From Candidatus Thorarchaeota archaeon (GTDB lineage: Archaea; Asgardarchaeota; Thorarchaeia; Thorarchaeales; Thorarchaeaceae): a stretch of 16,601 nt of DNA. The translations under genes were made by a program, and so were the position numbers. The stretch's first letter is position 1. Every line of letters starts with the position of its first letter. This document shows positions 1 through 7,005 of this stretch, piece after piece. Where the stretch lies: positions 1-16,601 of the forward strand of contig JAEOTX010000115.1 of assembly GCA_016839605.1 (NCBI GenBank), in the 5' to 3' direction. The notes under the pieces were generated by a model. That model searched no databases and was not told where the DNA came from. It saw only the letters and a list, made by a program, of their open reading frames with translations.

Positions 1-1
1 A

Positions 2-223
2 CATCAAATAGAGTGCATGAAAGCCCATGGCTATGAGAATTAGACCTAAAATAGACAGGATTTCAATCAGTAGATAAAGACTGATCATAGCATCTTGAGG
101 AATCCAACCCATACCTCCTGCCATCATAAGAATATCGTAAACCAATACAATACAGACGCCAATGATTGCCAGAATCAACCAACGTTTGACGCCTGCACCT
201 ATGCCAAGCTCTGTTTCTTCCAT
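2..223 (-). CDS. Hypothetical integral membrane protein (5' part only; runs off the window start)
   Basis: Not in the ORF track; read manually. ATG at 223 follows an AGGAGG RBS (231-236). The frame is open to the edge: MEETELGIGAGVKRWLILAIIGVCIVLVYDILMMAGGMGWIPQDAMISLYLLIEILSILGLILIAMGFHALYLM, with two hydrophobic helices. It starts 28 nt after the stop of 252..2360, so co-transcription is likely. Confidence 0.85.
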   Translation of the reverse strand, partial: MEETELGIGAGVKRWLILAIIGVCIVLVYDILMMAGGMGWIPQDAMISLYLLIEILSILGLILIAMGFHALYLM

Positions 224-251
224 TTTTCAACCTCCTTCATGAATTCAATTT

Positions 252-2360
252 TCACATTCGATGTACCTTATAGTACCTGAGCTCGGGTGCTACTACCGAG
301 TCACCGTATGAAGATACTGTCAGCCCTACCAGAACCTCAATCTCGCCATCACTATCGACATCGCCAATCATTAGGTCTGCTACAGTCAGGTCAGTATCAG
401 TCACCATGTGTTCAGTCCATCCGCTAGGACCATACTCGTAGTAACGAATTGTATCGTTTGTACGACCAACACCTGCGTCAAGGAAGCCAATTACTAGTTC
501 ATTGTCGCCATCGTTGTTGTCAACATCCCCAATAGCCAGGTCCTTGATTGGACCAAGTGCCTCATACTGGTAGGCATTGAGAGTTTCCTCCCAGAGGTCA
601 AGATTAGCATCGTAGTCGTAGACTTTCACATAATTCTCTCGCTCAGGATAGAACCATTGAGCTATGGCAATCTCTGTCTCTCCGTCGTTGTCTACATCTC
701 CTGTTGTCATACACTCGCCAGATTCTACGCTCAGTATATCATGCTCTATCCAGGTGCCATCAAGCTCGAAGTATTTCAGAGCTGACTCGCCAATTATGTC
801 GACGTCACCTCTTGCAAAACAGACTATCTCATTGTTGCCATCATGAGTGACATCTGCAACCTCAATGAATGAGTAGTCATACTCGAAGTCTCTTAGATCA
901 ATCTTCGACCAGGTTCCGGACGTCGTGTCGTAGTCGAAATACTTCAGTTCAAATCCATCACACGGAGTCTTGCATGCTACAATTTCATTCTCCGGATCAG
1001 CATCAATATTTCCAACCACCACCGTGTGAATGATTAGCATTTGTCCGATTGGGTAGTATGTCCAGTCGGTGTCATATTTGTAGTATCCAAGCCAGAATTC
1101 ATCATTTGGCAATACTTCCATTGTCAGAATCTCGTTTAGATTATCGTTGTCCACATCCTCGACCTGCACCCAACCTTGCACAAGAAGATCAGCAATGGTT
1201 TCTAGGGTCCAGATACCATTGGTGTACTCATAGTATTTGACTGGCCCATTTTCCTCTAGGTGATAGGTGATATAGACCTCGTTCTCAAGGTCATTGTCTA
1301 TATCAGCCATTCTAAAGCAATCACTCGCAGCCGGCATCTCAAATGTGATGTCATCGATAATGTACTCAAAGGCAGGCTCGAAGACAATGCAAGCCAGATC
1401 TACGTAGAGCGATGAAACTTGGGGAGATTTCCCTTCTGGACCTCGGTCATTGTCGACAACTCTTAGGTAGATGGTTTCGGAAATGTCATCTTGTATATCC
1501 ACTGAGTACATCTTGTCAACACCTATGTTTGTGATTGCTGCGATTGTCTTCCATGAGCCAGAGGATTTCTCCTGAACAAAGAATGCAGTGTCTTGATCAT
1601 CCCATTGTAGAAAACCAGAGTCGAGATATTCACCTGAGAGTTCTATATGCCCATAGAAACGAAATGTCGTGTCAAGTCGGGGACCAAGATTGTCAAAGGC
1701 ATAAATCCAGCCTAAATCAGCGGTGTCGTCTCTAGGATTCTTGGTTCCCTGACGATTGCGCTCCTCCATGAGAATCTCATATACCCCATCCGCATAGTAT
1801 GTGTTCACGAAGGTCCCCGAAGAAGTGCCATAGCCCGTTTCAGGGTCTTGATACTCTGCATCAATGGTTTCACAGTCATCAGGTGGCGGGTCAGGCGGAG
1901 GACCTAGAAGGGTCACAGTACGAGAGTCTGACTCACCATCCTTAGCTGTTTCACCCTGGCTGAATATCCGTATCTCATATGTACCAGGAATGCCTGTCAG
2001 AATCCAGCTGACTCCATAGGATCCGTCTTGTGATAGTGTATCAGTCTGTGGTTGATCACCATCGACAATTTGCAGATTGGCATCTCCTACATTATTGAAG
2101 TCCGTCGAGCCTTCACCCGGGGCATACTGGACAAATGTCTGCACAAGGCCAGCATCGCCTCTCTTTGCTAGCACAGTTCCTGTCACTTCAAAGGTTCCAC
2201 AGACCTCGAGGACATCATCGTATTCGACTTCGAATCCATCATCAGGGCTCGAAATTGTTACATCTAGCGCTGTCTTGGGCGGCTTTCCAGCCAGCACAAA
2301 ACAGGTGCTCAGTGAGAACATCATCACCATAGCAAAAGCAATGAGAAATCTTCTATTCAA
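252..2360 (-). CDS. Secreted FG-GAP/VCBS-like repeat protein (signal peptide, Ig-like domain, Pro linker, beta domain, 7-repeat Ca-binding beta-propeller)
   Basis: 702 aa, TTG start. Signal peptide MNRRFLIAFAMVMMFSLSTCFVLA, PPPDPPPDD linker, and seven DxDxDG-like repeats (ADIDNDLENEV, EDVDNDNLNEI, GNIDADPENEI, ADVTHDGNNEI, GDVDNDGETEI, GDVDNNDGDNEL, GDVDSDGEIEV), each followed by a (K/R)YY-like strand. Very acidic. Confidence 0.85.
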   Translation of the reverse strand: MNRRFLIAFAMVMMFSLSTCFVLAGKPPKTALDVTISSPDDGFEVEYDDVLEVCGTFEVTGTVLAKRGDAGLVQTFVQYAPGEGSTDFNNVGDANLQIVDGDQPQTDTLSQDGSYGVSWILTGIPGTYEIRIFSQGETAKDGESDSRTVTLLGPPPDPPPDDCETIDAEYQDPETGYGTSSGTFVNTYYADGVYEILMEERNRQGTKNPRDDTADLGWIYAFDNLGPRLDTTFRFYGHIELSGEYLDSGFLQWDDQDTAFFVQEKSSGSWKTIAAITNIGVDKMYSVDIQDDISETIYLRVVDNDRGPEGKSPQVSSLYVDLACIVFEPAFEYIIDDITFEMPAASDCFRMADIDNDLENEVYITYHLEENGPVKYYEYTNGIWTLETIADLLVQGWVQVEDVDNDNLNEILTMEVLPNDEFWLGYYKYDTDWTYYPIGQMLIIHTVVVGNIDADPENEIVACKTPCDGFELKYFDYDTTSGTWSKIDLRDFEYDYSFIEVADVTHDGNNEIVCFARGDVDIIGESALKYFELDGTWIEHDILSVESGECMTTGDVDNDGETEIAIAQWFYPERENYVKVYDYDANLDLWEETLNAYQYEALGPIKDLAIGDVDNNDGDNELVIGFLDAGVGRTNDTIRYYEYGPSGWTEHMVTDTDLTVADLMIGDVDSDGEIEVLVGLTVSSYGDSVVAPELRYYKVHRM

Positions 2361-2445
2361 CCTCCGACATCTCCCTTTAACCGATTGGCTGATTCTTCAA
2401 GGGGGCCTCGCCCCCTCTATACGTCCAGAATCGTTAGCTTGGTCC

Positions 2446-2469
2446 ATGATAAGGATTTTTTACGGTTGA
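2446..2469 (-). promoter_or_regulatory. Putative BRE/TATA-type promoter of the FG-GAP gene (TCAACCGTAAAAAATCCTTATCAT)
   Basis: Purine-rich tract followed by CTTATCAT, about 86 nt upstream of the start. 20/24 identical to 5351..5374. Confidence 0.6.
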
Positions 2470-2517
2470 TGGAGACTTGGTTGCCATAACTCAGTTGAAA
2501 CTTAGCCTAGGCAGGGT

Positions 2518-3096
2518 CTAAGACATGATTTGATAGACTGTTGCGTTCATGCCGGAAGGCCCTGAGAACAGCCACACGCCATCATGAATCCACCGAAGCA
2601 ATCCGTCGGAATCCACGATTACAATCATTGGGATTACACCCATACCGCACCAAATTGATGCCTCCCCGTTTATGTCACTACCAAAAGGCCAAGCCAGACT
2701 TTGGTCTGAAGCGTATGCTTCCAATTCCGCCAGTGTTTCGTTCATGTTAACCGTTAATGAGAGGATATTCACTGTGTCACCAAACTCCTGATAGAGCGAT
2801 TTGGTGTAGCCATTCTGAGTTTCACAAGCTGGGCACGAGATAGCCATGAAATCAAGGACGGTCACCTTGTTTCTAAGTTCGTGCATTGTTAGTGTGTCGT
2901 TGCCAACCATTGAAAAGCTCCAGTCAGGTACGTACAAACCACGGTCAATGAGATCACGATCAGTCCAGTCATATGTTTCAGTGGTTGTTTCCAAGCCGAG
3001 GCCTAGAGGCAAGATGCCTGCTAGGGTTAGGCCAATTACTGCCAGCACTAGAACTAGCACAACTCCTAGGGCTGCGATTGGTTTTCTCACGTTCAC
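2518..3096 (-). CDS. Membrane-anchored TlpA/ResA-like thioredoxin-fold redoxin (CPAC)
   Basis: N-terminal TM helix; PDWSF...LRNKVTVLDFMAISCPAC; cis-Pro-type loop GVIPMIVIVDSDG. GTG start overlaps the upstream stop by 1 nt (TAGTG). Confidence 0.88.
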   Translation of the reverse strand: MNVRKPIAALGVVLVLVLAVIGLTLAGILPLGLGLETTTETYDWTDRDLIDRGLYVPDWSFSMVGNDTLTMHELRNKVTVLDFMAISCPACETQNGYTKSLYQEFGDTVNILSLTVNMNETLAELEAYASDQSLAWPFGSDINGEASIWCGMGVIPMIVIVDSDGLLRWIHDGVWLFSGPSGMNATVYQIMS

Positions 3097-3956
3097 TAAG
3101 AATCCTCCCCTGAGGGAATCAGTTCTTCAATTGTTCTTGACGTTGCTAGATCCTCCTCTTTTAATGGCCCAATCAAAATTGCTGCCTTTTCCTTAGTTGG
3201 ACGAGTTGGTAAGTGGAGATCTTCCCTTGTGACGGCGACAGCAATCAGAATAGTGATGAAAGCTCCAGTAATTGATGCAAGGATTCTCTCAACCGGATAA
3301 ATGAAGATGACACTGGTGTAGACGACCGCAATTAAATCCGGAGGCACAGCTAGGAAGACGTATGCTCTCATCACTGAGGCCACAGTATGATCGGCCATAA
3401 CAGAAATGAAGACAAGCAGCCAGATTGCTATAGCTACTTTGGAATTGATAGTTCCGGCGGATAAATCCAAACCATCATTGAGATGTTTCTTGAATTGGGG
3501 AACTATAAACAGGAAGGAAAACAATAGAGCGATGATGTGCAACCAGAGGAAGCTATAGACTAGTAAGCCAATCTGTGTGATTAAGAAAAGTCCAATGGTC
3601 ACCAAAAAGACAATGGGAACCATACGATGCCTGCCTTTTTTGATCAGTCCAGCTACAAAGGCACCTGTTGCCGGCGGCATTCCAGCGAATATGCCACCAA
3701 GGAATCCAAATATCCCCCAGAAGCCAGCGGACCATGGATCAACAATTGCTGCTATAAATGTGCCAAAGAACACGGAAACAGTCCCATAGAATGGGCCAAG
3801 CAAATAACCGATGATAGGAGCTGATATGAAATCTATAGAGAAGTAGGCGCCAGTCCCACCAATTGGGAGAGCAGCGGGAAAGAGTGTCAACACCATCTGA
3901 ACAGCTGCAAACACAAAGGTCAGCGCCCACCATGCCCTCTTCAGAGTCCTGGCCAT
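3096..3956 (-). CDS. ECF transporter S-component-like integral membrane protein
   Basis: 286 aa with about 6-8 TM helices. The N-terminal FAAV...PIGG...APIIGYLLGPFYGTVSVFFG pattern is typical of archaeal ECF S components. Substrate unknown. Confidence 0.65.
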   Translation of the reverse strand: MARTLKRAWWALTFVFAAVQMVLTLFPAALPIGGTGAYFSIDFISAPIIGYLLGPFYGTVSVFFGTFIAAIVDPWSAGFWGIFGFLGGIFAGMPPATGAFVAGLIKKGRHRMVPIVFLVTIGLFLITQIGLLVYSFLWLHIIALLFSFLFIVPQFKKHLNDGLDLSAGTINSKVAIAIWLLVFISVMADHTVASVMRAYVFLAVPPDLIAVVYTSVIFIYPVERILASITGAFITILIAVAVTREDLHLPTRPTKEKAAILIGPLKEEDLATSRTIEELIPSGEDS

Positions 3957-5302
3957 CTCTCTCTCCTCCTTATAACGAAGACTCCTAGGATGATTGCGAA
4001 GCCAACACCGAGTACACCAGCTGCTAGACGATAAGCTGGAACTGTTGGTTGGTCAGCTACTCGCATTAGCCAGACATCGACATCATTAGCCTCCCAGTCT
4101 CTTGCAGTCGTCCCTGCCAATACAAAGCCGCCCTCGCTAGATTCAACTATTGCCAGCAGTCCATCGCGCTCACTCCGGAAATATAGTTGGTCCCATAAGT
4201 AGTGACCACTGTCATCAATTCGCAGTAACCAACCACCACCCTGATCGGGGTAAAGGCCTCCGCCAGACCCTGCAATAGCATAACCACCATTGCTGCATCG
4301 AACCATGGATACCGCGGAACCAAATGCAGAAGTACGATGCCAGAGTGCGTAGGATATGTATTCGTGGTCCGAGGTCACGGTGCCTTCAGCATCGGTATGA
4401 ATAATCCAAGGCCCTACTGCATGACTCGTTCCAGCGATGATGAAGCCCGTATTCGTTTCCAGAAGTAAAGAGCCGTGATTATAGCCAGGTCCGCCATATG
4501 TTTGATACCACTGAAGATTTCCAGAGGAATCAGTGCGAACCAGCAATATTTCGGTTTTCGACCCAATTTCTGGCCCAAAACTAAATGATCCCCCTATCAT
4601 AGCAAATCCCCCATCGCTACACAGAACAAGACCATGCCTGGAGGAAAGGTCTGCTTCAGTTCCGCCATAGGTATAGTTCCAGAGAAGGTTGCCCTCGGAA
4701 TCCGTACGGGCTAGGTAGAAGTCATCGTTGCCTATCACGCCAACCCTCTCTGTAAAGCCAAAGAGAGCAAACCCGCCATCCGGACATTGGACCATGTCTT
4801 CGAATAGCCCTTGGCCATAGGTCTTATTCCACAATTGATTGCCATCCGAATCTGTGCGTACTAGCAACGTCTCAACACGATGCGAATTGGTGCCTGAGTC
4901 ATACACCCCAAGATACCCTGCGATTGCAAAACCTCCGTCAGTGCATTCTAGAAGAGAATACCCCATCGATTGTTCTGGGTCTCCCACATACCTGTATGTT
5001 TGATTCCACAACTGTCCTCCTTCAGAATCAATTCTGACAATCCAAATCTTGCCTTCTTGACCTGCCCATGGAGAGTCCGCATAGCCCGTCAAAGCATAGC
5101 CGCCTGTGCTCACCTCAATCAGGTCAAAACAGTAGTCCCATTGGGGACCCCCAAAGCGCCGCTCCCAGATGATTCCAGGTGTTTCTTGAGGTGTCATACT
5201 CTTCAAGAAATACTGTTGGGCTGAAACAACAGGCATTGACATTACAAGAGCAAGCAATAGTAAAACTGGCCCAAAATATACAATGCGATACCTTCTACGC
5301 AC
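3941..5302 (-). CDS. Cell-surface 7-bladed beta-propeller protein with C-terminal TM anchor
   Basis: About seven repeats of W-x-x-T-Y-G-G...DGG(F/Y)xxxG...LVRTDSxGN. Signal peptide and C-terminal anchor LAAGVLGVGFAIILGVFVI-RRRER. Start moved from 5347 to GTG 5302 because GGAGG lies at 5312-5316 and the promoter motif at 5351-5374 is too close to 5347. Overlaps the next gene by 16 nt. Confidence 0.85.
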   Translation of the reverse strand: MRRRYRIVYFGPVLLLLALVMSMPVVSAQQYFLKSMTPQETPGIIWERRFGGPQWDYCFDLIEVSTGGYALTGYADSPWAGQEGKIWIVRIDSEGGQLWNQTYRYVGDPEQSMGYSLLECTDGGFAIAGYLGVYDSGTNSHRVETLLVRTDSDGNQLWNKTYGQGLFEDMVQCPDGGFALFGFTERVGVIGNDDFYLARTDSEGNLLWNYTYGGTEADLSSRHGLVLCSDGGFAMIGGSFSFGPEIGSKTEILLVRTDSSGNLQWYQTYGGPGYNHGSLLLETNTGFIIAGTSHAVGPWIIHTDAEGTVTSDHEYISYALWHRTSAFGSAVSMVRCSNGGYAIAGSGGGLYPDQGGGWLLRIDDSGHYLWDQLYFRSERDGLLAIVESSEGGFVLAGTTARDWEANDVDVWLMRVADQPTVPAYRLAAGVLGVGFAIILGVFVIRRRERWPGL

Positions 5303-5350
5303 TACAATCGCCCTCCAGCAAGCATAATCAGGACATGAGGATATCAATTA

Positions 5351-5374
5351 ATGATAAGTATTTCTTGCGGTCGA
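5351..5374 (-). promoter_or_regulatory. Putative BRE/TATA-type promoter of the propeller-ECF-redoxin operon (TCGACCGCAAGAAATACTTATCAT)
   Basis: About 49 nt upstream of GTG 5302. 20/24 identical to 2446..2469. Confidence 0.6.
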
Positions 5375-5481
5375 ATGGCTTCTTGCTGCCATAATTCTGA
5401 AACATGGCTATCGAAGCCTTGATTTGGAAGGGCGTCCTTGCATTCTATCACCTAGTCTAAGAGAAGTTTGAGGGACACGTT

Positions 5482-7005
5482 TTGGAGAGGTGCTTCCTAG
5501 ATATCCAAGTCTTGCCAGATAGTATCGAATCCAGACTTGATGTTGAAATAGCACTAGACTACTTATCGGATTCTGATGATGAAGTAACTTACACCGTAGA
5601 ATATGACCGGGAAGAATTCGATTTCGTTCTTTCTAAAGAAACCGCAGCTAGCTCAATCTCTGACATGATACGACTGGTCTTCTCAAAGGACTCACTCAAG
5701 AAGGTGTTGCATCTAACCAACGCCAAGGCCGCGATTATTGAGATCGCATTGATACAGGATGATGGAGATCCTAGTCCTAATGTGCTTGAATACAGTGTAA
5801 ACCTAGTGCACGGATTGATACCAGCTTCCGTTACCATCAATGAGTTCCAAGACCTTCAGACAAAGCTCCCTCACAGGACTGTACTGGACATGTCCTTTTC
5901 GGGTTGTCAGTTTGAAGACCTTCTTGCTGAGATACTAAACAGACTCGGATTGATTGTAGTACTTGATCGCCCTACTTCCTTTTCTAGGACTTGTTGGTTA
6001 TCAGGGAAATTACTTGACAAGTCGGTCTTGATTGTACTTGATGGCGTGAAGGAGAGTTTAGAAGACCGTGTCTCTGTAGATGTGTGGAGTAATCTTGGGA
6101 GGCTTGATGAGGCAATCTTGGAGATCATTGCTGACACGACAATAGGCAATGTCAGGATGGACTTCAGTGGGCTCGATGTTGCGTGGAAAATAGATGCAGA
6201 AAAAGAAGAAGAGGCATTGTTGACGGTCGTGGTGTCTTCAAAGCCAGAAATGGAGATGCAAACAGAGAGTCCGATCTTCTTCACCTTGGACTATCAAGGA
6301 CTTCTTACAGAGAGTTTTGAAACGCCATTTCCAAGAGGGAAACAGCAGGCGTCTATTGCAGCGGATTTGAGTGACATAAGAGCCTCGTGGAACGACAAAC
6401 TCACAGAACCATACCTTTCTGTTCATGTGAGTGATGCTAAATGGAAAAGCGTCAGGCGTGCATATCATGTGGATTTCACATGGGAACATGCATTGGAGAA
6501 GCAGACAAAACTCAGACTGTCCACTGGAAGTAGGTTCCGTTCTCTTAGTGAGTTCGGGAAATACCTAAACATGACAGAAGACAAAGAGTCTGCTTTTCGA
6601 CTTTTCATAGAATTCTGTCTGAAACGCGAACTGAGGGGTTGTGAATCACAGCGAACGGCTGCCCATTGTGCTAGGGCGGCCATCCTCACAGGGCTAGTGA
6701 TATGCTTTAATCCTCAACGGGGACTCTCTGGTTATCTTGAGATGTTGACCAATTCAGAAGCACCTAAGATACTGGAGGAGCTTGGATCTCAGCGAACTTG
6801 GAGAGACCACATATCACAGATTGTGCAGCTCAGTAGTGACTTCATCCCGCAAACTGCAAAGCTGGGGACACTAAATAGCAGAAAGAAACCGGGCCGGCCT
6901 CCAACTCAACTAGTTCCTATCGCGCATCCTTTGGAGCTGTTCACTCAATTCCTTAATGACCCTGAGAGTCTGGTTTGTCGATACTGCAGATTTCTCAGAG
7001 CCTAG
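5482..7005 (+). CDS. Hypothetical cytoplasmic multidomain protein with possible adaptin/coatomer appendage-like platform (aa ~112-217) and C-terminal winged HTH
   Basis: 507 aa, TTG start with GAGGG RBS, no TM or signal peptide. The CDS is well supported; domain calls rest on pattern resemblance only. Confidence 0.6.
   Translation: MERCFLDIQVLPDSIESRLDVEIALDYLSDSDDEVTYTVEYDREEFDFVLSKETAASSISDMIRLVFSKDSLKKVLHLTNAKAAIIEIALIQDDGDPSPNVLEYSVNLVHGLIPASVTINEFQDLQTKLPHRTVLDMSFSGCQFEDLLAEILNRLGLIVVLDRPTSFSRTCWLSGKLLDKSVLIVLDGVKESLEDRVSVDVWSNLGRLDEAILEIIADTTIGNVRMDFSGLDVAWKIDAEKEEEALLTVVVSSKPEMEMQTESPIFFTLDYQGLLTESFETPFPRGKQQASIAADLSDIRASWNDKLTEPYLSVHVSDAKWKSVRRAYHVDFTWEHALEKQTKLRLSTGSRFRSLSEFGKYLNMTEDKESAFRLFIEFCLKRELRGCESQRTAAHCARAAILTGLVICFNPQRGLSGYLEMLTNSEAPKILEELGSQRTWRDHISQIVQLSSDFIPQTAKLGTLNSRKKPGRPPTQLVPIAHPLELFTQFLNDPESLVCRYCRFLRA

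Noticed and set aside
800-2170. Two RGD tripeptides (KRGDA, ARGDV) in the FG-GAP protein, suggesting integrin-ligand mimicry
   Set aside because: The protein is very rich in G and D, so chance occurrence is plausible; no evidence of exposure or conservation.
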